Positions 48,663 through 62,532 of a stretch of DNA of 64,000 bases are shown here, piece by piece. The notes under the pieces were generated by a model, which worked only from the letters and a program-made list of their open reading frames with translations, made no database searches and was not told where the DNA came from. A program made the translations under genes and the position numbers. Each line of letters opens with the position of its first letter. Within the stretch, counting starts at the first letter, position 1. Source of the stretch: Chrysomallon squamiferum. Lineage: Eukaryota > Animalia > Mollusca. The stretch is taken from the NCBI GenBank assembly GCA_012295275.1, contig CM022671.1:29016001-29080000 (forward strand). Reading direction: 5' to 3'.

Positions 48663-48690
<28 letters not shown>
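47950..48690. repeat. About 454-bp-period duplication interleaved with (CA)n/(CT) and (TAA)n microsatellites
   Basis: agtaacacaaaaatatacattacataaatacacacccaaaacatatctaacagagg near 47995 and 48449. Confidence 0.85.
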
Positions 48691-48693
<3 letters not shown>

Positions 48694-49541
48694 TTCCTCT
48701 GGCACTTTTCTCATTATCTCTGTGTTTCACACACTTTCAGTGACTTGGTGATAATAACAGCTATGCTGCAGGCACATTTGTTTTCTGAGCATTAACACCT
48801 CACTCGAATGGTCATTCAAGGGCCCTCTTCACTACCAGAATGTGTGGTTGTGGAAGTAGCATATGCACACTGCAGCTCAGGGATGACATGTGACCTCTCA
48901 GGTCAGGTCACCCTGTTATATAAGACCAATACTAATAATAGAAGGCAAAAGGCAATGGGGGTCTTTTTTCACTCGAGTACAGAAATAAAATAGTCATTAA
49001 AAGTCTGTGAATTTGGCATATATCAAAATAGTGGACTTTTGGTTATATCATTGTAAGCTGTGAATGAATCAGAATAACAGATTTGTGTTCATAGCACCAT
49101 GGGCTAAGAAATAATTAAAATAGTGGACTGTTGGTTATGTTACAGATAGATGGTTTAGAGTGAATCAAAATAGGGAAATAATTATAACACACAGAATGAA
49201 ACAAAAGAGTAGACTTTTGGTTATCTTAGAATGAATGAAAATAGAGAACTTTTGGTGTCAATGCCACAGGCACAAAAATGAATTGAAGTCTATAACAATG
49301 TAGACTGGCAATCATGAATTAACACCTTACATCTATATATATATGACTATTAATACAAGCATACAAAAGCATACATTAATATTTAAATTGATCTGATATT
49401 ATAATTACTGAAAGAAATATAATACAAACATGGCTATAAATACAAGTATAATATACGACTATTTGTATTGGTATTGATAAGTGTATCTAAAAACAGATCA
49501 ACAGGTAAACTAAAAATAAATAAGACAAGTAGTTCAAGAGG

Positions 49542-49620
<79 letters not shown>

Positions 49621-51037
49621 TAGATCAGACCAAATCAGATAAGATTAGATTAGATAGACTGATGGATAGATGGATAGATGGATGGATGGATGGTAAGGTA
49701 GATAGATGAACAGAAAGTCAAAGGATAGACAGACAGACAGACATACAGTCTATCCATGGCACTGAGACAATTTCCCTAAAAGCTTTTTAAACAAGTGTCA
49801 ATAACAACAATTACCTGCAATTACGTCCAACAGCAATCACCAGTGACAAGCCACAGAAAATTTCAAACAGGCAGTCGACAGAAAACCCTGCAATCCTTTC
49901 TGTCCACAACGAACAGTCAATTAGTCGACCAAACAAAAAAAAATAAAAAAAAAAAAAAAAAAAGGAAGGAAAAAGAATTAACCATTCACAACTGGTTATC
50001 TGGATCAAGCCATCCTATTATTAAGTACAAGCTGCTTCTTTGGCGGCGGAAACCTCATCAAAAATCAATTCTCTGAACAAGACACAACATTGGCAAGCAC
50101 CTATTAGTCGGTAATTACTTTTACACCGTTCAGAGATGCACGATGTTTCCAAAGCAGATTGTTGTGAAAGACATGCAGAGAGTCATTCTCCTGAACATAC
50201 AATACATAAGTTATCGTCTACAGAAAGGGTTTCTTGTCTTCAATTACTTTTTTTCTTTATTCAATAGCTGATACTTGGAGTGCAGGGAGGTTGCTCGTGA
50301 TGGGAAGCTCAGAGATTTCAGCTTTCTTTCTTCGTTACAGTTTTGTGTGATTTGTTTTCATTGATCCACGACAGTGCTGTCTCGCTGGTAAATCAAATAA
50401 AACATCCAAATGTGCCGAGCAGATCAGAAGTTGGCAAAAAATGTCTGATGTTTCGGTTTATGTGTGTATATATATATATGTGTATATTTATGTGTGTATA
50501 TATATATGTGTGTGTCAGTGGGGTTGTTTTTTTCTCCATTTGTGTGTATGTGTGTCTGTGTCTGTGTGTGTGTGTGTGTTCATGTGCATGATTGTTTATT
50601 GAGTATATGTATACGTGGAAGAATGAATGGATGCTTGGATGAACAGATAGATGGATGGACAGATTAAAAGATGTGTCAATGGATGAACACACACATGCAC
50701 ACATATAGACTGACACAGACACCAGTACAAAATGTGTGTGGATGTTTGTATGTATTTATGAATGTACGTATGTATGTATTTATGGCCGAATCATATATAA
50801 CAATTATAACAAAAGTCATATCTTACCAATACATTATTGAATAGTTATACACCTTCGACACAAAATTCCTGACTTGTAAATGACACTGGAAGTTTCATTT
50901 GAATTCTTATTTGTGTATTTTATGAACGAAACATTTACATCCATAATATAATATTTGCACTGTAAGTTAGCAGCATTCAGAAATTCATGTGTTAATTATT
51001 AATACAGTGTAATTCAGTGTAATTTGATAGCACTTAC

Positions 51038-51135
51038 TGATACAATGTAACACAATGGTAATTTGCTGATGCAATGTAACACAATGAAAACTGATGATGC
51101 AATGTAACACAATGAAAACTGATGATGCAATGTAA
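51038..51135. repeat. 28-bp tandem repeat, about 3.5 copies (gatgcaatgtaacacaatgaaaactgat)
   Basis: Direct inspection. Confidence 0.8.
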
Positions 51136-51728
51136 TAGCTTCATGTTCAATGTTGTATAACATTGTAACTGTTCACTGTAACTTGCCTGGCGAACTGGAT
51201 CATCACCAGCTGATACTTTATGTTGTTATAGGGAAACACATTCTGCAGGAAATATACATTACACCTCTTACAAATGTGTTTTCTGCACATGTAGAAAATA
51301 TGTTTAATAAAGCATGTGATTGTTTAATGCATGTGTGCATATAGTAGTGGAAAAGTAACAGTGTCAATAACTGAATGACTATATTACAGATAAATGCAGA
51401 CTTAAAAATGTACATAAAGAATTACACACATACACACACTCATACACATTCACACACATACACACATACAGACAAATGCTAATTTATATACTCATTATTA
51501 ATTACATAGAAAAGTAAAATTCAATTATTTATAATATTTAATAATAATTTCAATATTTTTGTCTCTTTTTATTACTTACTTATTTACTCATTCACTCAGT
51601 CATACACACATATACATACATACACCTATATACCCATGCACACACCTTTAGAACTATAACTGATTAAACCACTATTACTAGTACCAATAAGATAAAAGAT
51701 AATGCAATAATATCACTCTTTCTCCTGC

Positions 51729-51765
<37 letters not shown>

Positions 51766-52361
51766 TTCTCTCTATCTCTATTTCCACACATACATCTATA
51801 TTCGTCTGTCTTTCTCTCACACTCAAAATATACATACACTCTCATTCACTCATTCTGTCTTTCTACACTCACACACACACACATATACACACACAATCAT
51901 TCACTCTCTCTTTCACACACACACATACACCCCCAAACAACAAACACAATAAAATTAATTAAAGTAAACAAAACAAAAAAAACAAACAAACAAACAAAAC
52001 CCAGTCTCTAATATTTCATACAACTAATGACCATTACACAAAGACGTCGCTGGTTAATGACTGACATGTGATATCTGGTCTTTGAGGGGAAAAGCCTTTT
52101 AAATGTAAGACGGAGAGAGAACAATTGAGACAATGTGACTTTATTGATTATGTCCACTGATTGCCTGACAACTTAACACTTATTTTCCACTGTCAGTCAG
52201 GCTTAACACACACCAATTAGTGCTGATAAATGGATGCCATTCTGCTGTGAAGTTTCTCATTAAACTATCCTTGTGTGCTGACTGATTTGAGCTAATCTCA
52301 TAACAGATTATGTTCTTTGCTGGTACTGATGACCACTTCAAAAATATACATTACATCAGTT

Positions 52362-52401
<40 letters not shown>

Positions 52402-52515
52402 CAGTTATTATTTTTAATTTTTAATTTTATATATATATATATTTATTTATTTATTTATTAATGGACTAGTTGATTGCAGAAGTTAAAAATTTAACTTATA
52501 TACATGTGTTTGTGT

Positions 52516-52553
<38 letters not shown>

Positions 52554-53250
52554 TATAACTGAAATGTAAGCATATATCAGAAGGCATTTTTAAATTAAGA
52601 TTATTAAATACAATTTTGTTTTAATACTGAAGGACAAGGACAAATGAATGTGTGTGTGTGTGTTAATGCATGTACTCAATAATAATAAATAGTTATTCAT
52701 CTAACAGAATAAACTACAGTGCAGCTTTAGTGTTAAAAAGTAGTGTACTGATTGTATTAAGACTACAAGAGATAGTTACACATGAAGATAAAGAAGATCT
52801 TAATATGGTTGGGGGTGGGGAAAAATATACAAGTATTAATTAATAAAGTGACAATATATGTACTTTATTGTTATTATTATTATTATCATTATTATTATTA
52901 TTATTACCATAATCATCATTACATATAATACCACTGTTTAAAAGCTCAGTATTATATTATGCAACCATAAGTTTTTATTATTTAAAAAAAAAATAATAAT
53001 AATAAAAAATAAAAATATTCACAAAGTATAATTTACAATCAATTTTGTAAATTTGCTTTATTAACAGGCTACATTTAAAAATCCATATTGTATGTTACAA
53101 CAACATAAGTGATGTGTATGGATTTTACCAATAATTGTAGTAATATTTCAAATAAATGTATTAATAACATCAAGGAATGATCCTTTAAATTTATTATTTA
53201 AAAAAAAAAAAAATAAACAAAAATAAAAAATAAATAAATAAATAAACAAA

Positions 53251-53304
<54 letters not shown>

Positions 53305-53307
53305 TAA

Positions 53308-53342
<35 letters not shown>

Positions 53343-53644
53343 AAATAAACATGTTCTAAAATACTCTGAAAATTAAATATTCCCATTTGGAATAGGTATT
53401 AAAACTGTACAAAATAACAATAAATAATAAATGGGGAATATGAAAAACAGTAATCAGTGAAGTGAGTATTCACTTATATTATAAACACCTATGAAAATAA
53501 CAAAATGAAATAAAATGTCTATGTAACAGAACAGAAACAGAAGACAATTATAAGATAATAAATAAAATTAAATAAAATTAAAATAAGTGAGGTATCATAT
53601 ACATACGTGTAAAATACTAGCATGGTTGTATATAGTGCATGATT

Positions 53645-53736
53645 GTGTGTGTGTGTCACTGTGTATGTGTGTGTGTCACTGTGTATGTGTGTGCGTCACT
53701 GTGTATGTGTGTGTGTCACTGTGTATGTGTGTGTGT
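53645..53736. repeat. 20-bp tandem repeat, about 4 copies (gtcactgtgtatgtgtgtgt)
   Basis: Direct inspection. Confidence 0.85.
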
Positions 53737-53923
53737 ATACAAAGTTACTACAAAATGAAAACGTTGTGCTTAAAAAGTAAAACTCGCATCTTTAACATAT
53801 TCTGTGAATAAAATTAACATTTGAACAAGGTTACAAAGAGATGGACGTGCTGTTAAAATGTTTTTCGATTCTGATCATGGCACGAAACCAGCTGAGGATT
53901 TACTCACACAAGTAAGTAAATCT

Positions 53924-54001
53924 GCAACACCTGCACTGTATTGAAGTCTGAGTGTCTGGCGATTTGTGGAAATGTTTGTTTCTTATCTTACACCTTGAGA
54001 T
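53924..54001 (+). repeat. Dispersed about 80-bp repeat, copy 1
   Basis: aagtctgagtgtctggcgatttgtggaaatgtttgtttcttatcttacaccttgagat; near-identical copy at 62128-62205. Confidence 0.85.
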
Positions 54002-54785
54002 TAATTTATGTATGTATATAAATCATTAAATATGTGTGTATTCTTTTGTATTTATTTATTTAAATGTTTATTTCTTTTCTTCTTTTTTTTTTCACATTTT
54101 CTGATTTCTTGCTTTGTGTTTATCAGTTTTCATTTTATTATTTATTGTTTGATTATTACCTTAATTACTTTTTTCTTTTAAATTATAAAATAATTTTCAT
54201 TTATCTGTTGATATTAATTCTGAAGGGTTTTTTTATTTGCTTTTTTTCTTTCTTTCTTTTGTTGTTATTTTTAAATTACTTATTAATAAATCTCAGTGAC
54301 ATACATACCTATCTGTGTAAGATATAAAATCAATTCACTGTCAGTTTTTGTTTACATGTTGTTTGATTTGTCATTAGGTTTTTAGCATTTTTATTTTACT
54401 GAATGATAGAAAACTTAAATTATATACAGTTATCTAAAGAATCTGTTAAAAAAAAAAAAATGTATGTGTATAAATATATATATATATATATATACAATAT
54501 TATTTTAAATTATACTGTTTATTTTATATATACTTAGAACTATAATCATCATCATCTACATTTTCCAGAAAGAACTCAAAATACTAAATAGAATATCTTA
54601 ATACGTATGCTGATGTCTAAAAATTTAGACTAACTTGCTCTACACATAAAAATGATACCATTACGAACAATTCTGTGATAAAAGAACAAACCTAGATCGG
54701 GCCTCGTGTATTAAACTGCCAATTCCACGTTTGTCATGTGTCAGTTCCATGAACTCTTGTTCAAAACATCGTTTTCACTGCTTAC

Positions 54786-54900
54786 CTCACTGCACGCATA
54801 TTACGTAACGCTACGACACTACAGAAAACATATACTTACATTCAACCGTTATTCATGTTGTCTCTATTTGCCTTTGTTTCCACACTAACAACAACGACAA
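54786..54900 (-). other. Candidate 5' UTR first exon of the minus-strand gene (upstream end approximate)
   Basis: Minus-strand donor GTGAG|GTAAGC at 54786/54785, with a second donor-like gaat|gtaagt near 54839, in the CpG-retaining region. Confidence 0.5.
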
Positions 54901-55077
54901 CAAACGTTATCCATTATTAGCTTTATAAATGGGGATAACTCGTGTTATGCACTATGTCAACAGTAGAACAAATTACGTGCCCTTGGGTCAGTGTGAATGA
55001 ATGAACGAACGAACGAATGAATGAATGTCTGTTCTAAGATATTTCAGCACTTAAGCAGTTTGGGATGGGGGATTAAC

Positions 55078-55089
55078 CGTGACGTCACG
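55078..55089. promoter_or_regulatory. Canonical CRE (TGACGTCA, 55080-55087) within a 12-bp perfect palindrome CGTGACGTCACG
   Basis: Direct match to the CREB/ATF consensus, located between the two divergent first exons. Confidence 0.65.
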
Positions 55090-55315
55090 AGCGTGAGAGA
55101 TAAATTAACTTAAAAAAAAAAAAATAATAATAATAAAATTATTCTGCCGCCATTCTGCGGGCTTTTCTTTTTTCTTTTTCTTCTTCTTCTTTTTTTTTTT
55201 TTTTTTTTTTGTAATCGATTATTAGTCAGCCTCTAGATCCGAAAGCCTCACGATAAGAAATTAGTCAGAATTTCAGTAGTTTTTATCTCGTTTAAACTGT
55301 TGCAAAAAAAAAAAA

Positions 55316-55384
<69 letters not shown>

Positions 55385-55592
55385 AATAAATAAATGAATA
55401 AATAAAATTTAAAAATCGTATAATTATTTTTGTAACTAAGATTTGAAACAATTTGTGTACGTATTATATGTTCGTCCATAACTGTATTTAACTTTGTATT
55501 ATTTTTTCTTTTATTCATAATTTCTTCCTTATCGTTTTTTCTTTTCAATATTATTGCTTAAAATTTCTTACAAAATATTAAATAAATAAACT

Positions 55593-55652
<60 letters not shown>

Positions 55653-56054
55653 AAGAAGAAGAAGAAAGAAAGAAAATGACATACACATGGCCTTAGCTAG
55701 ACTCTTTTTGAAATAGGCAAAAACACTTAACCGGGCTAAGATTGAAACGTGTGAAAAGGATGGTGTGTTCCTTAAATCCTCAGGTGTTCGATAAACCTGT
55801 TTTTATGTCTGATGCCTTTGAAGTCAGTTATGTTTTTCAACGGAACAATGTCAGCAGATTTCAAACGGTCGCCGCAGACAGAAACAAATTCATTCAGTGG
55901 ATATCGTTTCCACCGGAATAGAGATTTATAATTTATATTTTTAAAATAAATTATTTAAATAAATAAATTTAAAAAAACAAAAAATTTAAAATTTAAAAAT
56001 CGTAAATTTCGGTATGAGGCATTTCTTAATTTTAAGTTTGAAATTGCTGCCTGT

Positions 56055-56117
<63 letters not shown>

Positions 56118-56279
56118 TATGTTGTCGTTGTTGTTGTTGTTGTTGTTGCTATTCCCATGTTATTGTCGTTGTTGTGTTGCTCATTTAAATTTAATTTCTT
56201 TATTCATCCCACCAGTAAATATAAAACTATTGATCGACGAAGCCGAGAGGCATAAAACCGCCTACCATGCCGATTACTT

Positions 56280-56501
56280 TTAGCACACTCGAATGAACTC
56301 GGACTACGTGTATCCAAAGTGTGCCAAACGAGTTGCGTCCCTTGGCCATATACGGAAATTAATGTTGTTAAACATTTTGTAAGACACTGTTGATCAATTC
56401 ATTGATTGCCTTACCGTATGGCCAATTGAACGCATCCTGAGGACAGATATTGGGATGGGACTATGAAGTTGACTGAAGAAATTTAACAGTTACGGTTTTA
56501 A
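56280..56501 (+). other. Candidate 5' UTR first exon of the SVOP-like gene (start approximate)
   Basis: Donor ttttaa|GTAAGT at 56501/56502 inside the CpG-retaining region; the ATG exon at 60741 has an acceptor, so an upstream non-coding exon is required. Confidence 0.45.
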
Positions 56502-56736
56502 GTAAGTGCAGATGATTTTACGTTTTGCTGGTCGTAAACCGAGATGCAATTGAAACGCTAGCGAATTCTCTTTACAAAACAGAACCCAAGAATTGATTAT
56601 TTATGGAATCGTCAAATGTAGATGCATTGCTGACCGGATGCTTGAATTTTAACGAGATCTATGCATTATAATTATGTTATTTCTGAAGCTAGCTATTAGT
56701 ATTAAATTTGTAATATTTCTTTGCACGTTACTTAGT

Positions 56737-56806
<70 letters not shown>

Positions 56807-57280
56807 GTTACATCTGTCGCTATAACATATTTCTATCACTTTTTAATATTTACTTATATTTAATTATTACATTAAAAATGTTTCTCATGAAGGTTTCCAC
56901 ATATGATAGTCACCATGACATAGGCAATAAGCTACTGAATATTTTTAATTCGTTTAAATATGCATGCAAGCACATGTGACGTTTTGGTATGTTAGGATAA
57001 GACCTGCTCAGTCAGTTTCAGTCTGAGAGTACATTTGAAAATAAAAATACAGAGACAATATATATATATATATTGTCTCTGTGTATTTCTTTTCATATAT
57101 ATAGGCCTATATACAGTCACATATATACACCCATACAAATAAGCATTAACATGTGTTACATTGTTAAGCAGTGTGAAAAATATTAATTTAATGTAATACA
57201 CTGACTGATTTTTTTTTCCATCATACTTATTTATCATAAATGTAAATAGATGTTGTATGTAGACAAATATAGAGAAATAT

Positions 57281-57316
<36 letters not shown>

Positions 57317-57451
57317 AGGGAGTGAGATAATACAGTTTAAATAGATGGATTTATGAATGTATTGGTGTGTAAGTCTGTTTGTATCTGTTTATATGTCTGT
57401 ATATATTTGTATGTATGTGTGTGTATACTTGTATGTATATGTCTATATTCT

Positions 57452-57491
<40 letters not shown>

Positions 57492-57659
57492 TGTGTGTGA
57501 CTGAATGCATGACAGACACAAATTAACACGGACATGTTGATGCTGACACACACTGAGATAGACTGACACATATTGAGACTGATTGAAATACACTGACACT
57601 GTCTGACAAACACTGACACTGATCACCCACTGACACAATGTGATTGACTAGTACATGCA

Positions 57660-58320
57660 GACATTAACTAAAACACCGACACTAACTAAAACACACTGAC
57701 ATTAACTAAAACACTGACACTAACTAAAACACACCGACACTAACTAAAACACACTGACATTAACTAAAACACACTGACACTAACTAAAACACACTGACAT
57801 TAACTAAAACACACCGACACTAACTAAACCACACCGACACTAACTAAAACACACCGACACTAACTAAAACACCGACACTAACTAAAACACACCGACACTA
57901 ACTAAAACACACCGACATTAACTAAAACACACCGACATTAACTAAAACACACCGGTACTAACTAAAACACACCGACATTAACTAAAACACACCAACATTA
58001 ACTAAAACACACCGACACTAACTAAAACACACCGGCATTAACTAAAACACACTGACACTAACTAAAACACACTGACACTAACTAAAACACACTGACATGA
58101 ACTAAAACACACTGACACTAACTAAAACACACTGACATTAACTAAAACACACTGACACTAACTAAAACACACTGACATTAACTAAAACACACTGACATTA
58201 ACTGACACAAAGTTACACTGACACTAACTAAAACACACTGACATTAACTAAAACACACTGACACTAACTAAAACACACTGACATTAACTAAAACACACTG
58301 ACACAAAGTTACACTGACTA
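57660..58320. repeat. 20-bp minisatellite, about 30 copies (taactaaaacacactgacac)
   Basis: Tandem units; degenerate ctgacac-type copies extend upstream to about 57540. Confidence 0.95.
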
Positions 58321-60385
58321 GACACACTTTATTATTAACTTGGGAATTTGCTGTTATCTCATGCAGTAATTTTTCATTATTATATATATTTTTTTTTTTT
58401 TCAAAATGCAAAATGCTTTTAACTGTAATAATTACTGATTCAAAAGACCACTTAGGCAGTGGATTCAAAAAGCAGTGACACCTGTTTAACAGCAAACCTG
58501 ACAATGATACATGCATTACCAATCACCTGCCATTCTCTTTCTTTGTAAGATTCTGTAACATGCCTGAAAGCCATTAGTTCTGTTTCAGTGTTTTCATTAA
58601 TAGGTAAGTTTCATTTATCAGTATGATGTTGAGTGCAAAACAGTGAGGTCACTGAGTGTTATTTTGTTTCTATTATTCTTCATATATATTTTTTATTTTT
58701 TTAAATGAATTTATTTTTATTTATATTTTATTTATATTTTTATTATTTTTTTATTTATATATTTTTATTTTTATTTATTTTTTTATTTTTTTTTTTGTTG
58801 TTTATTTAATTATTATGTATTTATTTATTTAATGTTTGTTTTTGTTGGTTTGTTTGTTACTTTTATTGATAATATTTTTGGAAAAATAAGGTTTCATAAA
58901 CTAAATTTGTTATTATTACAACATGTTCTAAAGTATCAGTTTTTCTTAAAACAAAAGTGAGAAATGTAATCAAGAAGAAAGAAATAAATAAATCTCTAAA
59001 TCTACACAAACGAAAATAAAAAAAAATAAACTAATTTTAAAAATAATAATAATAAATTAAAAAAATATGATCTAATCTACCACAAAAGGGAACTAAATAA
59101 TAATAATTAAAAAAAATTAATAATAATAAAGTTCATAATATACAAATACAGCTACACTTGAATAAATTGTAAAAATAGTGAAGGCATCACTAATGTAATT
59201 ACATGTTAATTTATCGCCAGAATATTTGTTATTAAAATTAGATCAGTTAATCCATATATAAAATGATGTCATAACATCTGTCATATGGAATAGCTAGAAT
59301 ATTGTCTGTGTGTCTGTGTGTGTGTAACTTTCTTTGAAAAAGAATTTGGTATATATAATTATTAATTTCTTCTTTTTTTTTTTTTTTTTTTTCTTGTTTA
59401 AATAATATTAGTATTATTATTATTGTTTCTTATGAAAAATACCCCACTGCAAAAAAAAAGAAAAGTTTTGTATAAAACTTTAAATAAAAATGAAAATCCA
59501 ATTTTAATTATTTATATTTATAAAATGTTTATAAAGTAAAACTTCATTTGTAAGATTAATAAATGTTTATTTATTTATTTATATATTTATTTATTTATTT
59601 ATTTATTTATTTTATTTACTTATTTATTTAATTACTTATCCAGTTAAATAGACTAACTAATGTTTTGGTACAATTGTACTGTAAACAATTGTGAATTATA
59701 ATTTAAAAAATTGCTGTCTATTTTTAATATATTTGCAGTTTCACATTTCAGTTAACACGTTAAAGCTTATGCTCAGATATTTATGTATGATGTAGTGTTA
59801 TTTGCAATTGTAAGCAGATTTTAGTAAGTGATATTGTCATTTATCTTCAAAATAATCAATATTATAATTTGCAAACAGAGAAAACAGTTTAAACAAGATT
59901 GTAAAATTGATTTTAACTTTTTTATTTTTTTTGTCGTTAATGTTTATTTCATTTTGTTGTTTTGAGAATAAATCAGTCTAAAATACATAAATCTCAAGGT
60001 ATGAGAAAAATATTTGATTTTTCTCAATCTTGTTTCTGTTCTTACAAATGGTTGTGCTTCAGAAATTTTTTATTTCTTACAGTATTAATATATTTTATAT
60101 AATCTGTTTGTGTATTAATACCATTACATAATAAGTTAAACAAATTAATAAAATAAATAAATGAAATAATTTCTGGTACTTATATGTTTAACTGGATGAG
60201 ACTTATTTTTATGGATTTCTTTTCAGAAGCTATGTTTAAAAGACTAACACAAAATCTCATAACAAAATGATGTGGCAACTATAGAAAAAACAAAACAACA
60301 ACAAACAAACAAATTAAATTAAACTTTTTTGTTATATTTCTTTGTTAAATATGACTGGATGGCAAAAATAAATAAATAAGTAAAT

Positions 60386-60417
<32 letters not shown>

Positions 60418-60419
60418 GA

Positions 60420-60554
<135 letters not shown>

Positions 60555-60764
60555 TAAATAAATAAATAAATAAAAACAAAACTTTGACACACTGAAAATT
60601 CTCATTTCTTCTGTTATTCCTCTAATATACTGGATTAACATTACAGGCTCCCATTCTCTCTACCCTAGACATACCTCCTTCAACATTCACGAGCATAAAA
60701 TGCACAAATAACTGACTGATTTTTGTGTTGTTTTGTCTAGGTGTGCGACTCTTGTTGAGAGAAA

Positions 60765-60927
60765 ATGTTTACGAAGCTGATAAAGTTCAACCAGTCGAGT
60801 GGTCTGTACGAGGACATTGACGGGGACAACCACGTGGACATGGACATCACCGACATGCAGATGGAGCCTGCTAGAGAGAGAACTGCACAGGCACCAGCTG
60901 GCAGTCCTCCCACAGAGCCTAGTGAAG
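60765..60927 (+). CDS. SVOP: SVOP-like (synaptic vesicle 2-related MFS transporter), first coding exon; exon begins 60741
   Basis: Acceptor ttttgtgttgttttgtctag ends 60740; ATG at 60765 in aaaATG context; reads MFTKLIKFNQSSGLYEDIDGDNHVDMDITDMQMEPARERTAQAPAGSPPTEPSE + G; donor GAAG|gtattt (phase 1) joins in frame to the 61820 exon. Confidence 0.8.
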
Positions 60928-61750
60928 GTATTTCATAAGTAATAAGAACCTAGTGAAGGTATTTCATAAGTAATAAGAACCTAGTGAAGGTATTTTGTAT
61001 GTGATAGGAACCTAGTGAAGGTATTTCATAAGTCACAAGAACATATTGATGGTATTACATAAGTAATAAGAACCAACTGAAGGTATTTCATAAGTAATAA
61101 GAACCAACTGAAGGCATTTTGTAAGTAATCAAAACCTGCTGAAGTTGTAACATAATTAATCAGAAAGTACTGTCGGTATGTCATGGGTAATAAGAACATA
61201 TAGAAGGTATGCCATAAAACCTACTGAAGGTATTTCACAGGTCAGTAGAACCTTCTAAAGATATCTTATAGGTAATCAACAACTGCTAAAGGTATTTCAT
61301 AGTAATTAGAACCTATTGAAGGTATGGTATAGTTTAATCAAAAAAGCTTCTGAAGTATTTCACAGGTAAAAAGAGCCTATGGAAGGTAATAAGAATCTAC
61401 TTAAGATGATACATAAGTAAAGAGCCTGTTGAAGATATGTCTTAAGTAGATCATTAACTGAACCTTCTGAAGATACATCATAGATAATCATAACCTACTG
61501 AAGGTATTTCTCTGTCAATCATGTAGGCACGTTACCTAATAAATGATTGTCATCTCATAGTTAATAAGGAAAATGTACAGAAGATATTTCTTTGGTAATC
61601 ATCATGGACCTTTTAAAGGTTTGTCATAGAGATAATAAGGAAACCTATCAAAGGTAAGTATTAGGCAGTCAGGGGAACTCACTGATGGTTTATCATGGAT
61701 GATGAACTGGAACACTTACTATGCTAAAGGTATGTTATAGATAATCAAGA
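60918..61750 (+). repeat. 31-bp minisatellite derived from the SVOP exon/intron junction (cctagtgaaggtatttcataagtaataagaa)
   Basis: Units start at 60918, 60949, 60980 and 61011, followed by progressively degenerate cctactgaaggta-like copies across most of the intron. Confidence 0.9.
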
Positions 61751-61819
61751 ATATATACTTATTGCATGTCACTGATAATCTGCTAAAAAAAAAAATAATA
61801 AAATGTTTTCATTTTACAG

Positions 61820-61905
61820 AAACCTTCACAATTCAACAAGCCATTGATAAAATTGGGTTTGGAAAATTTCAGATCAAGCTGTCTATCCTAACTGGATTTG
61901 CATGG
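61820..61905 (+). CDS. SVOP: SVOP-like transporter, second coding exon (gene continues beyond window)
   Basis: ttttcattttacag| ... TGG|gttagt; translates (E)TFTIQQAIDKIGFGKFQIKLSILTGFAW, matching the SVOP segment leading into TM1 as I recall it ([28 protein letters not shown]). Phase compatible with the upstream exon. Confidence 0.9.
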
Positions 61906-62127
61906 GTTAGTTTCTGTTAATTTTTTTAATAGTTTAGAAATTTCTGAAAACAAACAGTAAAAAATTTAGTTTCAAATTTAAAAATATACTGATATTCTGA
62001 AGTTTAAAAACAAAAAGAAAAATGTTTGGAATACTTTTATTTACTTGTTTGGTTTATACAAAATGAAAAGATTATTTATAGTTAACAAATTAAAGAAAGA
62101 AAAAAGTATATAAGAAGATTTATAGTT

Positions 62128-62205
62128 GCTACACCTGTATTATATTAAAGTCTGAGTGTCTGGCGATTTATGGAAATGTTTATTTCTTATCTTACACCTT
62201 GAGAT
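62128..62205 (+). repeat. Dispersed about 80-bp repeat, copy 2
   Basis: aagtctgagtgtctggcgatttatggaaatgtttatttcttatcttacaccttgagat. Confidence 0.85.
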
Positions 62206-62480
62206 GAATGTATACATACACACATAAATGTCTCTCTCTGTGTGTGTGTTGTATTATCTGAATGTGTATTGTTTTATATTTATTTATTTATTTATTTATT
62301 ATTATTATTACTGCTGCTGCTGTTGTTGTTGTTGTTGTTGTTTTACTTTTCTTTATAGATTCATTTTAATTTATTGTTTTATTTTTATTTTTTTATTATT
62401 GTTATTAAAGATTTTTTTTTAAATTTATTTAAATTTATTAAAATTATTTATTTATTTATTTATTTTTTTATTTTTTTTTT

Positions 62481-62532
<52 letters not shown>

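Larger units (their letters stand above)
54600..56820. promoter_or_regulatory. CpG-retaining putative bidirectional promoter
   Basis: CG dinucleotides are visibly much more frequent than elsewhere in the window; outward-facing splice donors at 54785 (-) and 56502 (+); contains CRE, TTACGTAA (54801-54808) and YY1-like GCCGCCATT (55146-55154). Confidence 0.65.
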
